Positions 29,399-43,715 of a DNA stretch of 64,000 nucleotides are shown one piece after another (positions within the stretch are counted from its first letter, which is position 1; the number at the start of each line of letters is the position of its first letter). Both the position numbers and the translations under genes were made by a program. Source of the DNA: Eledone cirrhosa (Eukaryota); NCBI GenBank assembly GCA_964016885.1, contig OZ024745.1, positions 57,474,001 through 57,538,000 on the forward strand. Direction: 5' to 3'. The notes beneath the pieces were generated by a model. That model ran no database searches, had not been told where the DNA came from, and was given only the letters and a program-made list of their open reading frames with translations.

Positions 29399-29905
29399 TG
29401 TCTAATCTTAAATCCTTCCTCCACCAACTCCACACCCACCCTAATCATTTCCTTACCCGTCTACTCCCGCCCTGACACCTCCAACCCACCCTTCAACTTT
29501 CCTACCTCCTCATCGCTAAGACTCGGCTTTCCAGCAACATCCTCATCTGTTGCTTCCATCCCCACCTCATCCCCACCAGATTCGGATTCCAGTTGCACAT
29601 CTCATCACCCTCAACCCAACACATCCTCACCCACTCTTCCAGTCTCTCATGCGCGCCTCACTCCACTCCTCTCTCTCTCTACCATCCGCAACCTACCATC
29701 GGCAACCTCGACCGCAAACTACCCAACACCTTCTTTCTCCTCCGCTCCACCTGTCACCTTGTCCTTGCCCACTTCACCCTTCTTTTCATCCATAACCTCA
29801 ACCATGATCTTTACTTCTTCACCTCCACCAAGCTCCAGAAACTCATTTCACACCTTCCTCCAACCACCAGCCAACTCTGAGACCCCACCACCCCACCTAA
29901 CTCAT
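29399..29905 (+). pseudogene. Probable PLE ORF N-terminal remnant (C-rich)
   Basis: MSNLKSFLHQLHTHPNHFLTRLLP / LICCFHPHLIPTRFGFQLHISS resembles the PLE N-terminal FL..C....IP.G motif. Frameshifted. Confidence 0.45.
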
Positions 29906-30873
29906 TAATGCTGCTTTTGTTATGGTAATAGTTGTTGTCATTTTTGTTTAACCTGTGATCAACTCACACCATGCAGAGACATTCCATCCATGCCCATCAA
30001 ATCTATATTCTTGATACCTTGTATATAAAAATATATTCTCAGATAATCATTCGTATACTTATAATGCAAACTATTAGAGTTTATTTTTCGTTGATTTGTA
30101 TGTTTCTCTTAGCTGGAGGGATGATGAAGCCAACACATAATCTCGGTCTAATAAAGAATGTTACCTAGCAAATACATGTGCAAAACTATGTCTAAAAAGA
30201 CAAGAATAGACATATATTATTTCTTCTTAATGAAGAACTAGAAATATTGAAACAAGAAAATGTGGAACTGAAGCATCGCAGAAAAATACATTTCAAAATT
30301 ATATTGAGAACAAAATGTCTTGTGAAATGTTACATTCTGCTATGTATATGTTATAGGAAACAAAGTCTTAACAATTCGTTACTAAAATTCAAATTACTAC
30401 AAAGATTATTCGACGCAATTATTTTGTATCATACTTCATGTTTTCCCGATTTTTGAGGAAATATGAAAATGACATTTCATTATCCAGGAAACCAATACAA
30501 AACATAGAGATCAAAATGGGAAATGAATTTAGTAATATGTCTTATTCTCAACAAAAGATGTGTCAGGTATTTCCAATGATATCAGGATCCATCAATAATG
30601 CAATATAATATCATTATACACACGTAGAAATTAGTATATACTTTTGTAAATGTCACGTTAAAAAGTTATTAATGCCCAAATATTCATTTAACAGCCAATA
30701 TCTATTTTCCGGCTTCTTCATATTTGATTTACGGTGCACTATGGATGTGTATATGTGGTTATGTATATATATATATATGTGTAAGTACACTTACACACAC
30801 ATACACGCATAACTTCTCACACACATACACAGACACGCACAGACAAACACACACACACACGCGCACACACGCG

Positions 30874-30965
<92 letters not shown>

Positions 30966-31078
30966 ACACACACACACACACACAATCAGATATCTCTACA
31001 TATATAGTCATAATTAGGGTTGCTGATATATACTGTTTACTTCCTCAGAAAGGAATGGATATTCCATGGCTATATAAT

Positions 31079-31140
<62 letters not shown>

Positions 31141-31467
31141 GATATATATATATATATCTCATATATATATGTCATAAGAAATATCGTCATATATATATAT
31201 CTCATATATATATCGTCATAAGATACTACGTGTCACTTTGCCGTATTCTCGTTTAACTCTTTGATGGAGAGAACGTGATTCAAATTTCTGTCTATTGAAG
31301 ACACAATTTGACACACACGCGCACACACTAAACGTAATTTATAAATATCGTACACCAAATGATGTGAATTTAAAAATTACCACATTCCTGATGTCTACCC
31401 ACTAAAGCCTTCAATGTTCCAAATATTCTCTTTCTCTCACTCTCACTATAAATAAATAAATAAATAA

Positions 31468-31530
<63 letters not shown>

Positions 31531-31537
<7 letters not shown>

Positions 31538-31690
31538 CAATATGTAGAAAAGATAACACACCAGAGAGGGAGACAGTGCGCCATCAGTCAAACAGGGAAA
31601 GATTCCAAGGGCTATAGATTCCATACACTGGTGGTTTTTCCCTGTTTGACTGATGACTGGTGTGTTATCTTTTCTACATATTGTATTATA
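31531..31690. repeat. Imperfect foldback next to a TA tract
   Basis: tataatacaatatgtagaaaagataacacaccag and catcagtcaaacagggaaa are both inverted in 31638-31690. Confidence 0.85.
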
Positions 31691-31768
31691 AAGGGCTCGG
31701 GATTCCTTCTCCTTTGAGCACATTAATGACAGGGAATAGCGAGAGTCTATGGCCCCGTTAATTTATCG

Positions 31769-31816
<48 letters not shown>

Positions 31817-31817
31817 T

Positions 31818-31890
31818 ACGAGCTGAGAATCCGATAAGCTGAAACAATTCTTCTCGGTATGGTGAACTAACTGTTGCGTAACCACTTCTA
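31818..31890 (+). mobile_element. Family B copy with decayed HHR
   Basis: cgag-ctgagaa-tccgataagct-gaaacaattctt-ctcg...aactaactgttgcgtaacc. Confidence 0.7.
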
Positions 31891-31897
31891 CACACAC

Positions 31898-31934
<37 letters not shown>

Positions 31935-31984
31935 GACAGACACACACAGACACACACAGACACACACACACACAGACACACACA

Positions 31985-32077
<93 letters not shown>

Positions 32078-32168
32078 GGTAAAATATGTATTAGTTAACC
32101 AGCGACTCTGTTGTAAGCTGGATACAGCATTCAACGAAGTAATCAAGCAGGTCCGTTTAGTCCGGGTG

Positions 32169-32292
32169 TAATAATTGTTTCTACTTTTGGCACAAGGCCA
32201 GCAATTATCCCAGTGCATTACAGGTACTTTATTTTATCGACCCTCTAAGGATGAAAGGCAAAGTTAACCTCGGCGGGATTTGAACTCAGTCC
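32169..32292 (-). mobile_element. SINE partial copy, main family
   Basis: Tail through B box present. Confidence 0.85.
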
Positions 32293-33741
32293 GTAGAAGT
32301 ACAAGTCAAAAGGTTATAATGTACTGTATTTAATCATAGTCACTGTTATATATATTTTGAATGAGACAGCTATATGTTGAAAAGAAAAGAAAATGATGAA
32401 ATAAAATTTACCCCCTGTTGTTTCAAATCATTGATATTCCCCGGGCTGATAGTTGGTTTTCACACACACATGCATACATGCATACATATATACATGCACG
32501 CGCACACACTCACACACTCACACACTCACCCACCCACGAATATATATATATATATATATATTGCATGAGACCTTGCAGCTGAAATCTGTTATTGAATGTT
32601 ATAGAAAACGTTCGTCTATACTAGTTTTAGATAGTATTTTAAAAACTTACAGCTGTTATTAGTTTATTACCATGATTTAATGTCAATTTAAAACATTGAA
32701 ATCGATTCTTTGTTAGAATATAACTGTATGCAATAGAACCATACTGATTAGAGAGAGCAGATATGAAACATTTTGTCGCGAAAAATCGATCTAGTGATTT
32801 GCGATTATTAATGAAATATGAGAATATAACTATATTCCGATGATTCCCCCGCTAGTAAATCTCTAAATTACCGGAACACAATTGTTAGGAATAAGAAGTG
32901 AGACATAGCGAGAAAGTTTAATGCTACTGACATTTTGCAGTCTTTAATGTTACAAAGGTAATATGACATGAAAGAAATCTGAATGGAATGGCCGGATGGA
33001 ACAGTCGGAAATGCTTTGATCTTGGGGCAAAACAAGAAAGTAAACAACAGCCCCGGCAGCAATATCAGAGAAAAAAAATCGATTCTTCTGGCCATAAGAC
33101 GTAACCGATATAAATTCTATTGGGTGATGAACAATTTACAATGTCAGTATAGAACATGTTAAGAGGAGTAGGTAATGGCGGCGTTTAGCAAAGTCTTTAT
33201 AAATTTGGATGGAATAATCTGCGTTCTTCGGAGTGCCTATCTGCTGGCCAAGTTCAAATCCCACCGAGGTCAAATTTGCCTTTCGTCTAATACTCCTAAC
33301 CGCAATCTAAGGTAATCTAAGGTAATCTAAACTTGAACCAAAAAAATCAACTAGATGTTACATTAATAGCAGCGGCTGGTCCTTCCTTGGTTTTTCAGAT
33401 AACGGAAAAATAAGTCGTCACTTCGTTGACAGATACATTTAATTCGTAAATCTGTAAATTTGGACAATTCTTTGATTAGGGTGATCTACTGCTAGGTCTG
33501 ACGCCAATTCTATAGACCTCTTGTCTGGAGGGCGTGATAACCATGCCTTGGAACAGACATACACATACAGATACCCAAATAAATTTCCATTCCCTCTCCT
33601 CGATTATTGTATCTAAAGTGGACACTCAGATGCGTTCATAGTTCCACACACAGTTTACATCAATAAACAATACTATAAGTATCTACTCTTATTTTATAAG
33701 TGGCACTTTGCATAGACATTCTTAAACTCTCACGCCTACAC

Positions 33742-33797
<56 letters not shown>

Positions 33798-33816
33798 AAG
33801 AAAGAAAGAGAGATAG

Positions 33817-33881
<65 letters not shown>

Positions 33882-34154
33882 AGAGAGAGGGAGAGATTGT
33901 TTGATAGAGAAATATATACATCGATAGACAGAGAGATATGCGTTATCAAACTGAATAGGAATTGTATGAGAATCCCAATAGACTGGGAAAAACAAACGGA
34001 AACTACACACTGGAAATTATATTAATATATTGTTTATTCATATCGGAAAATTCAAATATTAATCTACAAAAAAAATCAAATCAAATTAATCGGAAAAGTA
34101 TTAAGATAAATTAGCATAAAGGGCGTTTGTGCTCGCTTAATGAAATTGATGATA

Positions 34155-34365
34155 ATTAATGGTTTCTGATTTAGGTACAAGGCCAACAAATTTGGTGATA
34201 GGAAAGTTGACGATATCGACCTCCGTGCATTACTGGAACTGTATGTCAACGATCCCGTAAGGATGAAAGGCAAAGCTAACCTCGGCGAGATTTTAACGCA
34301 GAACATAAAGTGCTATAACTCTATGCCGCAAAGCATATTATTCGACGCTCTGCCGACACTGTCAA
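34155..34365 (-). mobile_element. SINE, older variant of the main family
   Basis: Diverged copy with an extra ~35 bp segment also seen at 61149-61353. Confidence 0.75.
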
Positions 34366-34838
34366 TTAATACTGAATCACTAGCAAAGTGTACTCACCTA
34401 TCATCGGATTCATTTCAATTTTAGCTACTATGTTACTCTGTGCAAGGTTTTTAAGACGTGAAACATTCAAACTATATATTTCCTCGATCCGAACATTTTT
34501 CCAGACATTAGAAAAAACAAACACATTGGAAAACTTTCATTTTACTATATAAATGCAAGATTCAAATGTTAGTGTCTGCACTGTGTGGGTGTGTGTTTGT
34601 GCGTGTGTGTGGGGGTGGCTTTATATATACGTGAGTGTATATATTGGGATGTATATAACGGTTACGCGCGTTCAAGGCTATGTACACAAATATCACTAAC
34701 TATATATTATCGCTGTCAATTTAAGCCGCAGTAAAATTAGCGTCGATACCTTGGGGTAAATAATTAACCACCATATTAACATGTAGCCAAACACTCTCAA
34801 ATCTGTTGAAGGAAAACCTGAGAGATTAATAGCCAATC

Positions 34839-35027
34839 TAATTATTGTTTCTACTTTAGGCACAAGGCCAGCAATTACCCAGTGCATTACTGGTACTTTA
34901 TTTTATCGACCCCGTAAGGATGAAAGGCAAAGTCAACCTCGGCGGGATTTGAACTCAGATCGTAAAGGGACGTAACTATGCTGGAAAGCATGGCGTCCGA
35001 CCCTCTACCGATACTGCCAATCCACCG
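34839..35027 (-). mobile_element. tRNA-type SINE, main family, near-consensus
   Basis: Nearly identical to 48539-48730. Confidence 0.92.
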
Positions 35028-35796
35028 ATGTCTGACTACATATTGAAGTATGAAATCTGAAAATATTGCTGTACTAATATATCAGATTCGATCCACAAAT
35101 CGTAAGGTGTTAAACATAATTTATCATTTTAGCACATAAGAATTTCCATTCATAATAGGCGTATTGCAATTATATATATATATATATATGTACACCAGCA
35201 TCCCTCTGTGTACACTAAATACAACAGCCATATATATATATATGTATGTATGTATATAACGAAAAATATAAGTTACGGGCGAAAGAGGGCAATATCCATC
35301 GTCAGTTGTCATAGGTATTTCTTCGCCTTAGAGACAAGATACCTCAGCCTAGGGCGAACAATAACTAAAATAAGTTATTGGGATAAAAAAGGGAGCAGGG
35401 AGCGTAGAAAATGTGAACAGACACGAAGGGTGAAGCAACGAAAAGAGAGGAAAAATCAAGTCAATAACTCATATCGGACATACGTTCTGGCGGGTTTGAC
35501 GAGAAAAAAAAGACACGTCTTCACTGTGGTAGTGTGAGCGAGAAGAGACTGCTTACAGTGGCGGACGAGGGAGGCAGTGAGTTAGCCGGGAGAGGGTGCC
35601 TAGCAGAGAGGGAGTGAGTGTAAGTAAGAGGTAGCGAGAAAGAGATAGATATAGTGGCAGGCTAGCCGATAGAAGGTGACTAGCAGAAGAGGGAGAAGGA
35701 GAGAGAAGAAGGATAGAGAGGATACCAACAAGGGGAGAAAAAAGAGACGGGTCACACGATGAATAAAATGGCGAGCTGTGTGGTTGCATATATATA

Positions 35797-36086
35797 CTAG
35801 ACCACCCGTGACCCGTTGGGTCATGTTCACTTAAAAATGATTTTTAAATAATTAAAATATACACAAAATGTATATAATGTAAAATGACATTGGAAAGCTA
35901 ATATATATATATACGTGTATGTGTGTGTGTATATGTACGTGTATATATATATATATCTGTGTTTGTATGTGTGGGTGTCTGTGGCCTATATACTTAATAT
36001 TCAGTCACCAAATTCAAGCTAGATACAGTAATGCTGTATTCGATTCTTTGAAGTCACCTGTCATAATTTCATTCAACAACGCCACC

Positions 36087-36158
<72 letters not shown>

Positions 36159-39100
36159 ATCTCTCTCTCTCTCTCCCTCTCTCTCTCTCTCAACCACTAT
36201 CTGGGTTTGTATTCACATTTCAATGGTACCTTATTTTCAAAGTATTTTCCCATTATGCGCTGATTTGGCTATTTATAACGGTACCCGAAAAACACCTGCG
36301 TATCTCGGTAACCCGTGGTCCGATTTACGCGAATCTTGTCTTTTCACTGTATTATTCACACGTGTTTTCACAAAGAAAATATCAATTCATTTTTCACTAA
36401 TAGCTATCCAATCACTCCACTTCAAAATTCTGTTTTCTATATCTCTATCGATGCTTGACTGTTTGTTCTGAAATATTTTTCTGCTTAAAAAGTTGCAATG
36501 TTAATGAAAAGCTGGTTTTATTTACAAAAATCTGAAGGACATAAATTTTACTTGTCTTAGTTTTTACTTTTCCTTTCATTTTCTGACGTCGGAATCAATA
36601 TTTTATCATATTTACGCTGTTACAGTTTGTTCAAAAGAATGCTTTTGACGACAACATTCTTAGTTGACTGGGTATCCTTCAGAAACACTCTGACATTTTC
36701 TTTTCGTTTTCCGCGGCTATGGGCTACATACAGTTGACAGTGTTGGAATACAGGTCGTTCCAGATAAACCAAGACGTTTTCCATAGTTTGTCCTTGTGCT
36801 TTATGAATAGTCATAGCGAAGCACGATTGAACTGGGAATTGGCTTCACTGCAAAGGGATATCCTCACCTTCGGATAGATTAATTCTTATTCTAGGTATCA
36901 TAACGATCTCATTTCTGAAAGCAGCAGTGTTGATTCTTGCTACTATGAGATTCTCGTGCAGTTCTTCCACGATCATGCGCGTTCCATTACAAAGTCTTGG
37001 AGGATGCAAGTTTCTCATAAGAATTATTGGCGATCCTTTTTTCAATTCCAGGTTATGTGGTGGCAGTCCTGATAGTTCAACCGAATCAAGGAATTCAGTC
37101 GGGAAATGAGTGGCATTGGCACCATCACTCACAGAAGTATCGGATCGGTACTCTTTTATGGTTCCATGGAAGCGTCTCATAGAGGTGGAATTGATTCTTC
37201 TCATCATTTCATTGAGAGTTACTAAGATGTAATTGTTCGAAAACACTTCAGCTGGATTGTCGAATGAGGGGTAGATGAAATCAATAAATTCTTCCATAGT
37301 TGTTGCTTGGAGAACCATTTCTTTTGGCAAAATAATTTCCTCATTTTCAGTTTTTTTTATCTTATCTTCTCCCATATCCAATAGGAACTGTGAATATTCT
37401 CCTGCTCTCCCACCCAATCGTATGTTTGTCTTCAACTGAAATCTTTTGAGGCTCCGCCATACGTAGGATTTTTCAATGCAGGCGTTTTCCACGCCCACTT
37501 CATTTCCCCTTTTCACTACCGGAAGAAGCTGACGGAAATCACCACAGCAAATTGTCAAAATTCCACCGAATGCCTCATTGTTGTGGCATATGTCACGCAG
37601 AGTGAGGTCAATAGCTTCGAAGCTTTCCCTCCGAATCATAGGACACTCATCCCAAACAATCAGCCTTGTATGCTGGAAGAGGTTTGCCGTCTTTGAGTTT
37701 TTATCAATGTTGCACAGACCTTTTCTTTCACTACTATCGGTATTTTGAAACTGGAATGCACTATTCTTCCACCAGGCATCAGTGTTGCGGCAAATCCAGA
37801 TGACGCAACAGCAATAGCTACGTCACCGTTTCCGCTGACTTTTGAAAGAATTAAGTTAATCAGGAATGTCTTTCCTGTTCCACCTGGAGCGTCAATGAAA
37901 ATCAATGCAGATGTGTTCGTCTCTAAACTGTTACAAACAAAGTCGTACACGTGTTTTCGTTCACTATTCAATAGAGGCTCCGTCTTTTCTACAAATCGTC
38001 GCTGCTCTTCTCTGGTGTATTGCAATTCATGCAATAACTCCAAATTGCCAATATCCTGATTAGCAACAATATTATTTGGCCTTGACAAGTTAAAGTCACT
38101 AAGAATTTTGTCCAGGTCATTAAGTTTGTCTTCAAAATACAGAATACATTGATCATAATGTCTCTCGCTAATCAAAATGTTAGAGTTTCTGGTGGCCCTT
38201 TTTCCTATTTGAAGGTAATCCTCAGACAGCGAATGCTTAAATCGAGCCCATAAAGCACTGGAATTGTCAATTTCCGTATTTGTGAGGAGCACGATGAATA
38301 GATTTCTCATGGCTTTGGGAAGCTTTGTTCGCTCAGCATCTTCCAGAGTCTGCTTCCAATGATCAACCGATTGAAGCAAACCTTTCTCTCTGCAGACTTC
38401 TTTCAATAATGGCAGGAGTTCTCCATCACACATTTTCAAAGAGTTGAAGGATACTGGCCCTTTGACGTGATGCAGAAGGAGTCTTAAATAATACAGGTCA
38501 CCACTTCGTGGAGAAACAGTGTATACTCGGCTCAAAACATTCGCCTCAAAAATCCCAGGATGCGGCTCAACTGTTTGCCCCACCTTTCTCCTTCCCTATC
38601 TCTTATTACTCCAATTGTTAAACTTTGGCACATCAGCATAATACAATGTTTTTGCAAACGGATCGCAATCGCAAAGATCCATGAACTCAGTCAGAGTCGT
38701 ATTAGTTAATGTTTACTTTAACAGCAGCATTGACCCGAAAGAAGATTTGATATTCCTGAGGTAGATGAACTTGAAGGCGAACTACGGCCGGTTCTCTCTC
38801 GTGAATTGGAAATCAAAGTTCCGAGGCAACAGCTTCTGAAGGACCGATATATCTTCTTGTTAATTACAGTATTATCTCATCTTTCCTGTTCACTCAAAAC
38901 ATTGCCTGATCACTGCCCGTCATGGTATATTTGATAACGTATTTGATCGATTTCCCAGAAGAGCACATCTCTACGTTTAGGTGGCAGTTGAACAGTTTTA
39001 ATAGTTTCATATTGTAGGGAACCACCCATTCCAAAGTTATATTTCCGCTTCCCTTTCCTTCTTGGTGCCTCTCAAATCCTCCTATTCCTGGAGACCGTCT

Positions 39101-41742
39101 TCTGTACACAGAATAAGACTCCTCTCCACACAATGTATATTCATTGAAAGGCTTAGGCTACCGCTTACTGCACGTTCCATCTTTCAAACACGGCGAATTG
39201 TTAGAGCAATTCGGACCGTTGACCATGTGCTTCAGTACCAATTCATGACCCTCTGGATTTTTGTTTGGATCTGGTATTTCGGCTTGAACAAATTTATCAT
39301 ATTCCTGCGGTGTGGGCTTGGAGTCTTCATTGAGCCATAGCAAATAGTGCACATGGGGAAGACCTCGCTTTTGATATTCGACTGTCAACACGTAAGCAAT
39401 GCACTTGCCAAATAGGCCATCTACTCCAGTAAGATACTTTCTTAACAGTTTCCGCTTCAGGTCAAATACTCTGGCAATTAAATGCGGCCTGTCATCTGGC
39501 TTCTGATTCAGGAATAGGTTTTGCCGGATTTCGGGCCAGTTTGGATTGCATGTCATTATGATGAAGAACGAAGGATTGCCGTACTTCCGTATGTACATCA
39601 TGGCATCCTGGCATCGCTCCATCATATATCCCGGTCCACCGACAAATGTGGAAGAGAGTATGATTCGCCTGCCAATATTGCGAAAATCGTCTTCATTATT
39701 CACTGCGTCAGTAAGGCCCCTGTATGTTTACTGTAACACGTTATCCTAATATTTAAAGTTTTAAACACGTGGCCATCATTCTAGAGATGGAAGGGAGATT
39801 TAGTTGTTTTGTATATATTCCAGTTGTTGTCTTCCTGTTTCTTCGTTGTAGATCGCAATGATGTTTGATTCATTCGGATGTATTGCAGTCTATCTCCTTC
39901 AATCTTCGCAGCCATGTCAACCAAATATTACTGAAATAAACGACCGCCTCTGAGAAGCTGGTTGAATTCATTCTCATGGTTCATTATTTGATAGGCATAG
40001 TAGCGCATTGGCGTCAACTTCTTGTTGCTCCTCATTAACAGCTCATGATACCATCCGTCATCGCCAAAAGGAAAAAAATAGAACATACTGCAAACTCTCT
40101 TAGGGCTGATGGGACTCTGAGATTGTTCGCTTTTTTCTTTCAACACAATGTGCCGTCCTTTTGCTTGAAGTTTGGTGTTGTTTTGTATAATAACGGCAAC
40201 GTCGTTTGCAGATTGTACATTGAATCTTCTCTCATGTTCCATTGCTGGTCTCCTATCAGGATCAATAATAATCGAAGCTTCGGGAATAGTTTTAATTTGT
40301 TCTTTTGCCATTCGAAATGAAGCAACGTAAGGGTTATATTGTCTGAGTATTATTTCCAATAATTCAACTATATCGCGCTGAATGCCATCGTTATGGAGTA
40401 TCCTGATCCTCAAATGAACACTATCCTGAGGATCCAAGAAGTAAATTTGAAGAAATTGGGGTTGTTCTTTGGGATTAGGGGTTAAGGATCCGATGTAATG
40501 GTGAATTTGACCATGATAGAAGGATTCCATCCACTCCTTGAGGAACGAACTTCTTCGGCCCCAAAAGATGTCATTCGGAACAGACAGTTGTATTGACTGA
40601 GATTCTTCCTGAACTCGTTTACCCTGGGTTGATCAGTACTAAATAAACTGTGAAGTTCCTGGGGTAAAGGCTGCAAATTCCCCAACCTGACTTTTCCATT
40701 CATACAGCAAAAGTTAGCAGTTTCACCATGAAAAAGCATTGCATGACAACACACACCGATCTTATTCACCTGTCCAACATCAGCCGAGAGGTCACGTCGT
40801 TGAACTGTCCTTACTCTATCCCTAATGGTTTGTTGGCAAAGACGTTCAATTCTCCGAGCGACCGATTCATGGTCTCTCCTTCTTCTGTCTCTTTCCCTCT
40901 GTTCCGCCAGAGGCGCAGCTCTCCGACCATCCGATTCATGATCTCTCCTGCTTCTGTCTCTTTCCCTTTGTTCCGCGAGACGCGCACCCTTGCTTTATCA
41001 GTCTCATCGATCCTTCTATTCGCATGCCTGTCCCGATCTTGTTGGCGTTGACCACTCACTGTCTTGCTCAGCTTCTTCGGCTCTCCTTAGCCGTGCTTTC
41101 TTTCCATAGACCAACCAGATGTTTTCTTTCTTCCTCATCGAGGCATTATTTAAGAATCGAAAATCGTATTCATCTTAGAAAAAATTCCTATTACCTCAAC
41201 AAATATTTCTTTTTAAATCATCATTTAGAAATATTTCTAAATAATGAAAATATTGTCTGTTTAAACAACTCGTATTTTTCAAATCATATTCACTTAAAAA
41301 ATACTTATTAGTAATTAAAATATTCTGTTTAAAGAAAGCTGAAATATATATACTGAGTGTATGAATAATTTGTATTTTTTAAGTCATTTTCACTTAAGAA
41401 TATTTTTTAAATATGCTAAGAAATATTTTTCCATCGTATTCACTCGAAAATAATTTTAAAAAAATGAAGATATTGTCTATGTAAATAAAGCTATTTGTGA
41501 AATCAAATTCACTTTAAAATATTTCTAAATAATTGAAATATTCTTTTTAATAAAAGCAAAAATATAAACACCTACTGTTTAAAACCAACTGGTATTTTTC
41601 AGTCATATTCCCTTAATGCTTTTCTGAAAGCTCAAATATAGATACTTGAAGTACAAAACAGTTGTAGTTTTGAAATCATATTCACTGAGAAATCACTGAA
41701 AATCTTTTTATCACTTACGTTTTGGCTATTTACGAAGGTATC

Positions 41743-41833
<91 letters not shown>

Positions 41834-42648
41834 GATACACACACACACACACACACTCTCTCTCACACACACACAGATATATATGTCTCTAACTTAAGTA
41901 CAGTTACACACACACATGTCTCTAAGTACGTAAACACATGCACTGGCACACATACCCATACAGATACACACGGTGGCAGTTGAACTGTGAAAGAGAGAGA
42001 AAGAAATAACGTTATGGATAAGGGGGTGAGTTAAAATAAATAAAAGTTAAGGACGTTGTCTCTTTCTCTATCTGTCATCCCCCTCTCTCTCTCATCTCTT
42101 TATTCTTTCTCTCATCCCCTCACTCTCTCTCTCTCTCTCTCTCTCACCCTCACTCTATCTTTCTCTCTCTCACCCCTCTCCCTCTTTCTCTCTTTCACCC
42201 CCTCTCTGTCTCTCTTACCAACAGAATGGACAACCAAAAAACAAATGGATTATTTCTTTCGATATTCATTATAAAATAGGATAAATTGAATTTAGATGAA
42301 TTCCTTGCTATTTTTGAAAAATGGAAAATATTGTCCATGTGCGATTTACACCAAACTTGTTTTATTCAGAGTATTTTCTCATTATGCAATGTTTTGTGTA
42401 TTTACGAAGTTTTGCAGGGTTATGTTAATTTCGAGGTATTTTCCCAGTATGCACCGTTGTGGCTATTTACGAAGGTACCCCCAAAACCCGCGAATCTCGG
42501 GAACCCGGGGTCAGACTTGTTAAGGTATTTTTGCTTCAGCTTCATCATGCAATAACTCCGCTTTGTTTGTGTTTGGCTTGTATTGATGTGGTGCCTGTCT
42601 ATGTACAGGTTTAGCACTCCTGGTCCACGTAATTCCGTAACCCACTAG
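35797..42648 (-). mobile_element. Decayed autonomous Helitron
   Basis: 3' hairpin tgaccc(gtt)gggtca at 35809-35823 and CTAG at 35797-35800 abutting TA. RepHel pseudogene inside. The right boundary is uncertain. Confidence 0.85.
36620..41150 (-). pseudogene. Helitron RepHel (HUH Rep plus Pif1-family helicase), multiply frameshifted
   Basis: CCMNGKV Zn motif; MTCNPNWPEI; VEYQKRGLPHVH (HUH); WVVPYN...HLNVE..SIKYVIKY (Y2); IDAPGGTGKT; GDFRQLLPVV; LCNGTR; MTIHKAQGQT. Confidence 0.97.
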
Positions 42649-43109
42649 TATACCCTGATTAAGTATACTATGGGTACGAATAAAATCCCCTTTGGAATTT
42701 CTGAAGGTACCTTAGGAGCCTCTTAGTATTTCTATATCTCTAAGTTATGGAGAACTAAATCAGCTGTTATTATAGTGACCAACGGCATAGCTTCCTCTGG
42801 CTTTTGTATGATTTAATTTTTTTTTTTTATTTTTTTTTTATTTATTTATCTTTTTATATTATTATTTTCCTTTTACTTTATTATTATATGTTTTAAATAT
42901 TGTTATATGCTTTTTGCTTATGTATGCCCTCGCGTGCTTCTGCCTATACTCTAGCATATAGCTGTAGTGTTGAATAACAACCCCATTATGCACTCTCTCC
43001 ATACTCCTCATTTCCGATCTCCCTCTTGTTACCCTCTATTGTATTTTTAATGTTCATGTGACTAAGCTTAGGAGAACTTATATTCACCACTGTATTTTTG
43101 CTTATAAAA

Positions 43110-43152
43110 CTCTGATGATTCCTGCCCCATGGTATGGATGAAACATTGTCAG
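43110..43152 (+). ncRNA. Hammerhead motif (family G) with GUC triplet
   Basis: ct-CTGATGA-T-TCCTGCC(ccat)GGTATGGA-T-GAAAC(att)GTC-ag. Stem I is only 2 bp. It lies ~50 bp before a TA tract, like the others. Confidence 0.6.
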
Positions 43153-43197
43153 CAAATAAAAAGTGTATGAGTATGTAGGCGTTCTTTGATTTCTTTT

Positions 43198-43271
<74 letters not shown>

Positions 43272-43545
43272 TATAATTTGAATGATTTCCTCTTAATAAA
43301 TCCATTAGTAAAAACATAAGTAATTTAAAGAAAGAGAAAGTAATAATATTCTAAGGAAATAGGAACAAACTTAAACCCATGTTTCAACAATATATTTGAA
43401 CTTCGTAAATTTCTCATTTAGAATATAATATATTCAGTTTCGTTGTTTACTTTTTCTGATACATTATATATGGAAATTCTTGTTCGAAATATTAACTTTC
43501 ATACTAAGTCTTTTCTTCATTTGGGTATAATCCATCTGATATAAT

Positions 43546-43715
43546 ATAATTGTTTCTACTTTTGGCTCAAGGCCACCAATTACCCAGTACATTACTGGTA
43601 CTTTATTTTATCGACCCCGTAAGGATGAAAGGCAAAGTTAACCTCTCGGGATTTGAACTCAGACTGTAAAGGGACGTAACTATGCTAGAAAGCATAGCGT
43701 CCAACCCTCTACCGA
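43546..43715 (-). mobile_element. tRNA-type SINE, main family
   Basis: Match to the consensus, with the 5' end clipped. Confidence 0.9.

Noticed and set aside
30100-30460. Possible host exon after tttctcttag
   Set aside because: Short frames with no recognisable domain and no supporting exons.
31650-31690. CTGATGA in the 31.5 kb foldback
   Set aside because: No stem II or GAAA downstream.
32744-32780. ctgatta...gaaacattttgtc
   Set aside because: G8 is missing and there is no stem II or stem I; likely chance.
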